Positions 56,172 through 64,000 of a DNA stretch of 64,000 nucleotides are shown here, piece by piece; the first letter of the stretch is position 1; each line of letters begins with the position of its first letter. The notes below the pieces were generated by a model. That model searched no databases and had not been told where the DNA came from. It saw nothing but the letters and a program-made list of their open reading frames with translations. The position numbers and the translations under genes were made by a program. This DNA is from Bacilli bacterium (GTDB lineage Bacteria; Bacillota_I; Bacilli_A; ML615J-28; CAG-698). The stretch spans positions 127,088 through 191,087 of the forward strand of contig JAGCUR010000018.1 of assembly GCA_017962745.1 (NCBI GenBank), written 5' to 3'.

Positions 56172-57812
56172 ATGAAAGTTAAGAGAGTTGATGGTGTTTT
56201 GTTTGAGAAGATGTTAGTCAATGGACTTAACTATCTAAAACAAAACGAAGCAAAAATAAATGAAATGAATGTATTCCCAGTACCTGATGGTGATACTGGC
56301 TCAAACATGCGTATGACGTTAGAAAACGGCTTACGCAGTGCTAAAGTTAACAACAATGTCGGGGAATATGCTAACGAGCTTGCTAGCGGTATGCTAATGG
56401 GGGCTAGAGGTAACTCAGGGGTAATCTTGTCCCAAATCTTCAAAGGTTTCTTTGAAGACATCAGAAGATGCTCGATTTTAGATGCTAGGGAATTCATGGA
56501 AGGTTTTGTAGCTGGTTATAAGTGCGCATATGATGCGGTCATTAGACCAGTAGAAGGAACCATTTTAACAGTTGCGAGAGAAGGTATTGAACACATTCGC
56601 GGTCAAATTAACCGTGGAATGTATATCGATTCATTCTTTAGTATTTATGTAGCGGAAATGAAAAAATCGCTAGAAGGTACTCCTAACCTACTTCCTTGCT
56701 TAAAAGAAGCAGGTGTACTAGATAGCGGTGGCGCCGGCTACATCTTAATCATTGAAGGAATGCTTAAATATCTTCAAGATGAAATCGTTGATGGAGAAGC
56801 AATAGTAACTAAAGATAATAATGTAATTGATACTACTAAATTTGATGAATATTCTAATTTTGATTATGGTTATTGTTTAGAATTCATTTTACAATTAATG
56901 GTTTCTAAAACTGATATCAATAAATTTAATCAAAAATTATTCATTAAAGATTTAGAGGGATTAGGTGAATCGCTAGTAGTCGTAAAAGATGGAACAAAAG
57001 TAAAAGTACATATTCATACAAAGCTACCTGCTCATGTAATTACATATGCACAAACCTATGGTGAATTTGTTGCTTTTAAGTTAGAAAATATGGCGCTTCA
57101 ACATTCTTCCCTTCACCAAGAAGAAGCGGATGAAGAAAAGCTTCCCCATGTTGATCTAGCTAAGATTGCTATTGTTAATGGTGAAGAATTAAAACAAATT
57201 TATACTGAGTTAGGTTGCCATATCGTCCTAGATGGTGGCAAGACGATGAACACTTCATCAGAAGAGATCATCAAAGCGATTAAAAAGTGTGATGCTGACC
57301 GCATTGTTATCTTTACGAACAATAAAAATATCGAGCTTGCATGCTTGCAAGCAATCGATGTTTTAAGGCAAGATAACATTCACATGATTAAAAGCAAAAA
57401 TAGTTTAAGAGGCTATTACGCTTTAGCGATGGATGAAGCTGATAACGATAATCTCGATTATCGTATCAAGCAAATGGAAGCAGGCGTAGATGCTATTAAA
57501 ACAATTACTTTATTTAATGCATCACGTGATTGTAATTTAAATCATATTGAAGTTAAAAAAGATAATATTGTTGCTTGTGATGAAGAAAAGATATTAGCAA
57601 GCTCAGATGATGTTTATTACATCATTAAAAAGAGTTTAGAACAGATTAATGATATAAGTGATAAAACAATGTGTATCATATTAAAAGGTAAAAACTTTAA
57701 TTACGATACAGAATTATTAGAAAAAGCAATTAATGAAGCTAATCCATATTTAGAAATAAATTATATGGATGGTGGATTAGAAATTTATGATGCTATTATT
57801 GGTTTAGTTTAG
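56172..57812 (+). CDS. yloV: DAK2-domain protein fused to DegV-like domain (YloV family)
   Basis: N-terminal DhaL/DAK2 helical domain (PDGDTGSNM) and C-terminal DegV-like domain. 546 aa. Confidence 0.8.
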   Translation: MKVKRVDGVLFEKMLVNGLNYLKQNEAKINEMNVFPVPDGDTGSNMRMTLENGLRSAKVNNNVGEYANELASGMLMGARGNSGVILSQIFKGFFEDIRRCSILDAREFMEGFVAGYKCAYDAVIRPVEGTILTVAREGIEHIRGQINRGMYIDSFFSIYVAEMKKSLEGTPNLLPCLKEAGVLDSGGAGYILIIEGMLKYLQDEIVDGEAIVTKDNNVIDTTKFDEYSNFDYGYCLEFILQLMVSKTDINKFNQKLFIKDLEGLGESLVVVKDGTKVKVHIHTKLPAHVITYAQTYGEFVAFKLENMALQHSSLHQEEADEEKLPHVDLAKIAIVNGEELKQIYTELGCHIVLDGGKTMNTSSEEIIKAIKKCDADRIVIFTNNKNIELACLQAIDVLRQDNIHMIKSKNSLRGYYALAMDEADNDNLDYRIKQMEAGVDAIKTITLFNASRDCNLNHIEVKKDNIVACDEEKILASSDDVYYIIKKSLEQINDISDKTMCIILKGKNFNYDTELLEKAINEANPYLEINYMDGGLEIYDAIIGLV

Positions 57813-57822
57813 GAGGTAGGCT

Positions 57823-58767
57823 ATGCCTTGGTGGGGATGGTTATTACTTGGTATATTCTTTTTAGTGTTAGCACCTGGTTTCTTTTTTCAAATGTTACTG
57901 GCTAGATCACTTTATTTTAGATATCTAGTTAGAGGAAAGAAAGAAAGCTGGGAAAGAGAACCTAAAACAGATGACCCAGAAACTATAAAAATATATGAAA
58001 TTGGTGATAAAGAGTTTTATCAGCCCAATAAACACTTAGCAAAAGAAGTAAGCGTTACAAGCTGTGGCTTCAAGCTAGCGGGGGAATTTTATGACTTTGG
58101 TCATAAAAAAACAGCTATCATTGTAGCCGGTAGAAGTGAAGCTCTAACTTATAGTTATTATTTTGCAATTCCTTACCAAAAGTTAGGCTTTAACATTTTA
58201 GTTATTGACAATAGAGGCCATGGCTATTCTGAAGGTAAGATTAATGCAGTAGGATTAAAAGAATGGCCAGATATTCTAGCTTGGGTAAAGATGCTTCATG
58301 ATGATTTTGGTCAAGAAGAAATCATTTCACATGGTGTATGTATTGGCTCAGCTACAACTCTATATGCTCTTACAAGCGAAGACTGTCCAGACTACTACAA
58401 AGGTATGGTAGCTGATGGAATGTATCAAAACTTCCCATTATCGTTTATTAATCATGCGTATGAAGCGGGATATCCTAAACATTTCGTTTATGAATTCTTC
58501 TTTATGTGGTTTAAACATTATGCAAAAGTTGATCCGTTCTACGGACCAATCGATTGCATCGATAAAATAAAAGTCCCAATTTTATTTATTTATAGTAAAG
58601 AAGATCGATATTCTACTCCTGATAAAGGTTTAGAATTATATGAAAAATGTAATGGTCCAAAAGAGATTGCTTGGTTTGATAAAGGTAGACATTCTTACGT
58701 TAGAATCAATAACCAGGAAGGTTATGATAAAGCAATCGAACAATTCATCAATAAATATAATTTATAA
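57823..58767 (+). CDS. Alpha/beta-fold hydrolase with apparent Cys nucleophile
   Basis: N-terminal TM/signal. Nucleophile elbow HGVCIGSA (GxCxG rather than GxSxG), then candidate Asp (DRYSTPD) and His (GRHSY). Confidence 0.55.
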   Translation: MPWWGWLLLGIFFLVLAPGFFFQMLLARSLYFRYLVRGKKESWEREPKTDDPETIKIYEIGDKEFYQPNKHLAKEVSVTSCGFKLAGEFYDFGHKKTAIIVAGRSEALTYSYYFAIPYQKLGFNILVIDNRGHGYSEGKINAVGLKEWPDILAWVKMLHDDFGQEEIISHGVCIGSATTLYALTSEDCPDYYKGMVADGMYQNFPLSFINHAYEAGYPKHFVYEFFFMWFKHYAKVDPFYGPIDCIDKIKVPILFIYSKEDRYSTPDKGLELYEKCNGPKEIAWFDKGRHSYVRINNQEGYDKAIEQFINKYNL

Positions 58768-58779
58768 TTTGGAGGAAAT

Positions 58780-60258
58780 ATGAAAAAGTTAACTAAAAGA
58801 CAATTAACTTGGTATGGTATAGCAGGTTTAGGCCCAAATATGCTCAACCTTATGGTTGGCGCATATTTATGCGATGCTCTAATGACTGAAGGTTTTGGAG
58901 AAAACATTGAGCATTGGACATATTTAAATAAAACTCTAATCGTAATTGTTGTTTGGAGTATCTTTGTTACCATCGCTAAAATCATCGATGGTGTAATCGA
59001 TGTGCCACTTGGTGCTCTTACTGATAACCTTAAATCTAAATGGGGTAAAAGAAGACCATCAATGTTTGTTGGTATCATTGTTATGTTACTAGCTTACCTT
59101 ATGTTTTTAATCGTACCAAAGAATGCGGAAAACAGTATTGGTAATACTATTTGGTTCTTTGCATGGTTATGTGTATTCTATTCGGCCTACACTCTAACGA
59201 TGGTTACATATTATGCAACATTTTCTGAAGTAACTGATAATCAAGCTGATCGAGTATATTTATCAAATGTTAAATCAACAGTTGATATTATCTATTTCGT
59301 ATTAGGTTATGCGGCAATTCCGGCAATGATTGGTTTAGCTAACATTAGAGTACTAGCGCTAGCAGTACTAATAATGATGCCATCAATGATCATTCCATTT
59401 GTATTATTAAAAGAAAGATCAACTAAACCAGAAGATGTTGCTAAATACAAAGAAGAACATCCAGAAGAATTTATGGATGGCGCAGTAGAAGAAAAAGAAC
59501 CAAGTATGATGGAATCTATTAAATATACATTTAAGAACAAAGATTTCATCGTTTGGATGATTATCTATTCAGCTTTACAATTTGGTTTACAAATGTTTTT
59601 AACTGGCTTTAATGTATATTATAGTGGAACAGTTGGTTTTAGTGGTATGAAAGTAATGTTATGTAATGTAGCTGCTTTTGGACCAGTACCATTTACATTA
59701 ATTTTATATAACTGGTTAAATAAGAAAAAAGGATTCAAGTTTAGCTTACAATATACACTAATTATCTTTAGTATTGGTATGATCTGCGCAGTATTCTGCC
59801 GTCCATCAGTATTTCCTAATGAGACAGTAAGATTAGTTGCTATTATGGTATCTAATGCTATATGCTCATTTGCTATTGGTACATTCTTCTCAGTAAGTTA
59901 TACTGTACCAAGCCAAATCGCCGCTGATGAAAAAGCTAAAACTGGTGTTAGCCATCCAGCAATGTATTTTGCTATTCAAGGTTTATTCGGTGCTGGTGTA
60001 ACAGCAATATCAACTGGCCTTGTATGGATTAACATTAAGAAGATCGCTGCAAACCCTAATAGTTTCTTCTTTGCACCAGTAGAAAAGCTAAACGCAGTAA
60101 CTGGTCTAATGGAACTAGTTGGTGGTGGAGGCGCAGGATTGTTAACTTTAATGGTTGCAATAAGCTGCTTAGTAGCATTTGGCCTAAGTTTCTTACTTCC
60201 AAAATCATTAGTAAATGTTGGAAGAATTGAAAACCCAGAACCAGTTGATGCAAAATAA
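58780..60258 (+). CDS. MFS/GPH-family sugar(glycoside):cation symporter-like transporter
   Basis: 492 aa, 12 predicted TM helices, glycine-rich C-terminal loop. Confidence 0.6.
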   Translation: MKKLTKRQLTWYGIAGLGPNMLNLMVGAYLCDALMTEGFGENIEHWTYLNKTLIVIVVWSIFVTIAKIIDGVIDVPLGALTDNLKSKWGKRRPSMFVGIIVMLLAYLMFLIVPKNAENSIGNTIWFFAWLCVFYSAYTLTMVTYYATFSEVTDNQADRVYLSNVKSTVDIIYFVLGYAAIPAMIGLANIRVLALAVLIMMPSMIIPFVLLKERSTKPEDVAKYKEEHPEEFMDGAVEEKEPSMMESIKYTFKNKDFIVWMIIYSALQFGLQMFLTGFNVYYSGTVGFSGMKVMLCNVAAFGPVPFTLILYNWLNKKKGFKFSLQYTLIIFSIGMICAVFCRPSVFPNETVRLVAIMVSNAICSFAIGTFFSVSYTVPSQIAADEKAKTGVSHPAMYFAIQGLFGAGVTAISTGLVWINIKKIAANPNSFFFAPVEKLNAVTGLMELVGGGGAGLLTLMVAISCLVAFGLSFLLPKSLVNVGRIENPEPVDAK

Positions 60259-60318
60259 AACATTAAAAGTGCGCTACCTGTAGCGCACTTTAAAAAACGA
60301 AATAGAAAGGAATTAATA

Positions 60319-60795
60319 ATGAATATAAGTAAAAGAGATTCAATAATTATTGCTCTAATGAGTATTGTAGTAGGCATTCTATTTATAATTCTAAAAAGCG
60401 ATGTCATTGGCATCGCCATGACAGTGCTTGGCGTATTATTAATAGTTAATGGTATTATCCATTTAGTTGGTGATACTGATAAAGTATATGGTATTATTTT
60501 AATCTGTGTTGGTGCCCTAATTATTGTAGCTGGTTGGTTAATTGCTACCATCGTTTTATACATAATTGCCGTATTATTTATAATTTATGGAGCACTTATG
60601 ATTTATGCTTTCTTTAAAGCAGGTCATGCAAGTATCATTAACCTAATCGCGCCAATCCTAATGATCGTAGCCGGTGTGTTACTTTTCTTAAATCAAAAAG
60701 GAACAGTTGACTGGGTATTTATTGTAGAAGGAATTATATTAGTTATTGAAGGTGCTATCAATTTAGTTGCAGCACTAGTTACAAAGAATCAATGA
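60319..60795 (+). CDS. Small membrane protein (HdeD/DUF308-like, repeated GxxxG helices)
   Basis: 158 aa, 5-6 TM helices with internal repeat structure. Confidence 0.4.
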   Translation: MNISKRDSIIIALMSIVVGILFIILKSDVIGIAMTVLGVLLIVNGIIHLVGDTDKVYGIILICVGALIIVAGWLIATIVLYIIAVLFIIYGALMIYAFFKAGHASIINLIAPILMIVAGVLLFLNQKGTVDWVFIVEGIILVIEGAINLVAALVTKNQ

Positions 60796-60810
60796 GAATT
60801 GATTCTTTTT
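60786..60810 (+). terminator. Rho-independent terminator
   Basis: gaatcaat-gaga-attgattc hairpin followed by T5, overlapping the stop codon. Confidence 0.6.
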
Positions 60811-60921
60811 ATTAATAAATAAATAGGAATTATTCGCGTGATAATATTTATTATTAGTGTACGTATTTATATAGATTCCAAAATATGGTATAATCGTTTT
60901 AGCAACTAGTGAGGTAGTATT

Positions 60922-61629
60922 ATGGATAAAATCACTTACAATGAAAAGTATTACGTTAAATCTTCAGAAGTAGATATTTCTCAAGAATTAAAACCTTCAT
61001 CACTTCTAAAGATTTTACAAGATTTAGCAACCGAAGGTTCTAAAATCGTAGATGCAGGAACAGATAAAACTTTAGATAAAGGCTATCTATGGGTATTCTC
61101 TAAATTAGATCTTAGCATTAATAGAATGCCAAGATATCAAGAAACTATCAATCTATCTACTTATCCAAATGAAATGATGCATTTCATTTATCCTAGAACT
61201 TATTTATTTAAAGATTTAAATGATAATTTATTAATTAAAGCAACTTCAATTTGGTGCTTAATTGATGCTAAGACGCGTAAGGTATTATTACCTAGTGAAA
61301 CCGGAATCGGTGTTGCATCACCGATTAAAGCTGATCCAATCTCTAGAATTGAGAAAAAAGAAGTAGAGCTAAAAGAATCAAGAACTGTAAAATATACAGA
61401 TATTGATCTTAATAAACATCTAAACAATACTAAATATTTAGATTACATTTGTGATTTATATGATTCTAGTTTTTTTTATATTAACCATATCAAAAAAATA
61501 ACAATCGCCTTTCATAATGAAGTAAAAGAAGGCGAAACGATAGATATCTATGCATCAAGCGATAACTCTTACTTTTTATTTAAAGTAAATGAAAAGATAG
61601 TATTTGAATGTAATATCGAATATAAATAA
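60922..61629 (+). CDS. Acyl-ACP thioesterase (FatA/B-like, short form)
   Basis: Two hot-dog repeats, with an N-terminal YxVxSSEVD motif and a C-terminal NxHLNN-like motif (NKHLNNTKYLD). Confidence 0.65.
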   Translation: MDKITYNEKYYVKSSEVDISQELKPSSLLKILQDLATEGSKIVDAGTDKTLDKGYLWVFSKLDLSINRMPRYQETINLSTYPNEMMHFIYPRTYLFKDLNDNLLIKATSIWCLIDAKTRKVLLPSETGIGVASPIKADPISRIEKKEVELKESRTVKYTDIDLNKHLNNTKYLDYICDLYDSSFFYINHIKKITIAFHNEVKEGETIDIYASSDNSYFLFKVNEKIVFECNIEYK

Positions 61630-61640
61630 AATGATTATTT

Positions 61641-61678
61641 AAAGTCAAAATGATGATTATCATCAGTTTGACTTTTTT
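61641..61678 (+). terminator. Rho-independent terminator
   Basis: aaagtcaaa...tttgacttt long hairpin followed by T6. Confidence 0.65.
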
Positions 61679-61890
61679 GTGTTAGCGCCTTGATGATTAA
61701 ATTTTTGTTGATAAGTGATTTGTTCTATCTTTAAAGGCGTGGTTTTTGTTGCGTTTTAGGCATTTAAAATGCATAAAAAAAATAACGCTTTCATTTTGTT
61801 AATAAAGTTTACAAAATATATTGCAACGCATATATGTTTGTTGTATAATGTTATTAGATAAATTAGGAAAATTTTATACGTGAGGAAAAA

Positions 61891-62526
61891 ATGGGAAAGA
61901 AAGAATCGTTATTTAAGCCAAGTCCTTTATATCGCGAATTAGCATTGCTAAATGCTATTAGCGATAACCCTAATGCGACTCAACGAGATATCGCACTAAT
62001 TGCTGATGTATCAGCTACGATGATCAATAAGTATTTAGATAAATATGAAGCTGAAGGCTTAATTACTAAAAACTATTCTTCAAGTAAAACAATTGAATAT
62101 TTCATTACTAAAAAAGGAATTGAGCGCAGAAAACTTCTCGCCATTCAGTTTTTAGAGTCATCTTTAGATATTTATAACTTAGCTAAAGATCAATGTTCTA
62201 ATTTCTTAAAAGAAATAGTTAATAAGAACTATCAAAATGTATTGTTCTATGGCGCCGGAGAAGTAGCAGAGATTATGGTATATGTTATTACTAATACGCC
62301 TGATCTTGATGTTAATGTATTAGCCATCATCGATGATGATGAATCTAAAATTGGCACAAAATTAGTTAATATTCCAATTATTAGTAGTGCTGATATTTCG
62401 AAATATAGTTATGATGGAATTTTGGTTTCTTCATATGGACATTCAAAGACTATTTTGAGCAAACTGAAAGAACTAGGTGTCCCAAAAGAAAAAACTCTTA
62501 AATTTTTTGAGGGGGCAAATATATGA
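61891..62526 (+). CDS. Rex-like winged-helix plus Rossmann (NAD/CoA-binding) transcriptional regulator
   Basis: N-terminal wHTH (PLYRELALLNAI..TQRDIALIADVSATMINKYL). C-terminal LFYGAGEVAE...IIDDDESKIGTKLVNIPIIS resembles Rex GxGxxG...FDxxxxKIG. 4-bp overlap with galE. Confidence 0.5.
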   Translation: MGKKESLFKPSPLYRELALLNAISDNPNATQRDIALIADVSATMINKYLDKYEAEGLITKNYSSSKTIEYFITKKGIERRKLLAIQFLESSLDIYNLAKDQCSNFLKEIVNKNYQNVLFYGAGEVAEIMVYVITNTPDLDVNVLAIIDDDESKIGTKLVNIPIISSADISKYSYDGILVSSYGHSKTILSKLKELGVPKEKTLKFFEGANI

Positions 62527-63554
62527 TATTAGTTACAGGTGGCTTAGGTTATATTGGGTCACATACTCTAGTAGAATTACTTAATGCAGGTTACGATGTA
62601 TGTGTAATTGATAACTTAGCAAACACTACAATTGATGTTAAAGATAAAATTAAAAAGATTACTGGTAAAGATTTTAAAGTATATATTGGCGATATATTAG
62701 ATGAAAAATTGGAAAATCAAATCTTTGAAGAAAACAAAATTGATGCTGTTATCCATTTTGCTGGCTTAAAAGCAGTTGGAGAGTCTAGCGTGATACCGTT
62801 AGAGTATTATAGAAATAATGTGGAAGGGACACTTCATTTACTTGAAGTTATGAAAAAACATGATTGTAAATCAATTGTTTTTTCTTCGTCTGCTACAGTA
62901 TATGGCTCTCAAGAGGTGCAACCTCTAAAAGAAGACGCACCATTAATGGATGCAACTAATCCTTATGGTAGAACTAAAAGGTTTATTGAAGATATCTTAA
63001 AAGACTTATATAAATCTGATAATAGTTGGCATATTATATTACTTAGATATTTTAATCCAATTGGTGCTCATGAATCTGGCTTAATTGGGGAAAAACCAAA
63101 TGGTATTCCTAATAATTTAATGCCATATATTACTCAGACTGCGATTGGAGCTAGAGAATATTTAAATGTATTTGGATCCGATTATAAAACTCATGATGGA
63201 ACAGGAGTTAGAGATTATATCCATGTTTGTGATCTAGCTCATGGTCACTTGCTTGCTTTAAGAAAGATTGAAAAAGATAAAGAAAGAAATATTGCAAAAT
63301 TAGATATTTATAATCTAGGGACAGGAAATGGATATTCAGTTTTAGATATTGTTAATACTTTTATGAAAGTAAATAATATTAATGTTCCATATAGAATTGT
63401 AGATAGAAGACCTGGTGATATTGATTGTTGCTATGCTGATGCTACAAAAGCTCATAATGAATTAGGCTTTAAATGCGAAAAGAACTTAGCTGACATGTGT
63501 AAAGACTCGTGGAATTTCCAAAAAAATATTAAGGATGATGGAGGGCAAAACTAA
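62523..63554 (+). CDS. galE: UDP-glucose 4-epimerase
   Basis: ILVTGGLGYIGSHT NAD-binding motif, SSSATVYG and YxxxK catalytic motif. 343 aa. Confidence 0.9.
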   Translation: MILVTGGLGYIGSHTLVELLNAGYDVCVIDNLANTTIDVKDKIKKITGKDFKVYIGDILDEKLENQIFEENKIDAVIHFAGLKAVGESSVIPLEYYRNNVEGTLHLLEVMKKHDCKSIVFSSSATVYGSQEVQPLKEDAPLMDATNPYGRTKRFIEDILKDLYKSDNSWHIILLRYFNPIGAHESGLIGEKPNGIPNNLMPYITQTAIGAREYLNVFGSDYKTHDGTGVRDYIHVCDLAHGHLLALRKIEKDKERNIAKLDIYNLGTGNGYSVLDIVNTFMKVNNINVPYRIVDRRPGDIDCCYADATKAHNELGFKCEKNLADMCKDSWNFQKNIKDDGGQN

Positions 63555-64000
63555 TGCCAGAAGAAATTAAAGTTAATGAACAAAAAGATGAATCATTAGC
63601 TAATAGTAAAAAGATAGACTTATACATCAATAATAATGATAGCGTTGATGCAGGTGGTATTAGCATCATGAATGTTTTCTCATTCATGAAGCAACGTTTC
63701 CACATTTTCATTTTCATTATTATAATTACATTTATTTTAGGATTACTAATCCCAATTACAATGTATTTATTTAAAGATAAAGAAGATGAAGCAGTTGCAA
63801 TCATCGGGCTAGATTATAATGGAGCTGAAAGTGGTCTTGCTCCTAATGGATCAGCTTTAGATATTTCTTATCTAAAATCTTCATACATCATTCAAAATGC
63901 TTTGAATAATGTAACTTTATCTAAAAATGTTAGTGTTGCTTTAATTCAATCAAACTTAACTATTACGGGTGTTTTAACTGATGAAACAAAGCAACAAAAA
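63554..64000 (+). CDS. Wzz/CpsC-like polysaccharide chain-length determinant (3'-truncated by the window edge)
   Basis: Cytoplasmic N-terminus, TM helix (FIFIIIITFILGLLIPI), then a periplasmic Wzz-type segment. TAATG overlap with galE. The ORF is open to the end of the window. Confidence 0.55.
   Translation, partial: MPEEIKVNEQKDESLANSKKIDLYINNNDSVDAGGISIMNVFSFMKQRFHIFIFIIIITFILGLLIPITMYLFKDKEDEAVAIIGLDYNGAESGLAPNGSALDISYLKSSYIIQNALNNVTLSKNVSVALIQSNLTITGVLTDETKQQK

Noticed and set aside
1-64000. CRISPR arrays, rRNA genes and prophage structural genes
   Set aside because: No regularly spaced direct repeats of 25-40 bp with unique spacers, no rRNA-like conserved segments, and no capsid, terminase or integrase genes were found on either strand.

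Overview
This window is an AT-rich (about 30% GC) chromosomal stretch with the standard genetic code (TGA is used as a stop). The gene content resembles a low-GC Firmicutes or wall-less relative of the Erysipelotrichia/Acholeplasma type, judged from a ClpB without an N-domain, several DegV/FakB-like proteins and dockerin/Listeria-Bacteroides repeat domains. Almost all genes lie on the plus strand.

Housekeeping core, in order: tldD/pmbA pair, metallophosphoesterase, domain-permuted GH3 beta-glucosidase, GAF/fRMsr-like protein, rsmI, MscS channel, fba, nrdG, threonine aldolase, class III RNR nrdD, thioredoxin-reductase homologue, ftcD, map, a two-subunit aconitase X, a glycine-cleavage operon (lplA-gcvT fusion, gcvH, gcvPA, gcvPB, lpd), an HD-GYP membrane protein, a CIRCE-controlled clpB-htpG pair, a T-box-controlled stand-alone trpB, tRNA-Leu and tRNA-Gly, a group II PLP decarboxylase, gpmI, nitroreductase, plsC, degV, yloV, acyl-ACP thioesterase, a Rex-like regulator, galE and the start of a Wzz/CpsC-like gene.

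Accessory or mobile content:
- An ISL3-family insertion sequence sits between lpd and a DinJ/YafQ toxin-antitoxin pair.
- A Fic gene is bracketed by about 95-bp direct repeats next to the tRNA genes.
- A RhuM-family gene lies between nrdG and nrdD.
- A tandem array of ORF6N-domain genes ends in a gene whose AT-rich C-terminal domain is shared with the RhuM protein and carries an HxR-x4-D...GxS motif reminiscent of an HKD/PLD nuclease half-site.
- A radical SAM/SPASM enzyme follows two dedicated flavodoxin-type genes and is translationally coupled to a membrane protein that ends in a (Cys-Ala)5 repeat.
- A dockerin-bearing secreted metallophosphatase is followed by a lipoprotein.

The candidates most worth a second look are, first, the NrdD fused to a glutaredoxin/NrdH-like domain plus an adjacent TrxR homologue that lacks the NADPH-binding signature, which could be a self-contained, formate-independent reduction path for class III RNR. 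Second, the RhuM/ORF6N proteins with the shared PLD-like C-terminal module and the recombinogenic tandem array. Third, the flavodoxin-rSAM/SPASM-Cys-repeat cluster. No CRISPR array and no rRNA genes were seen.
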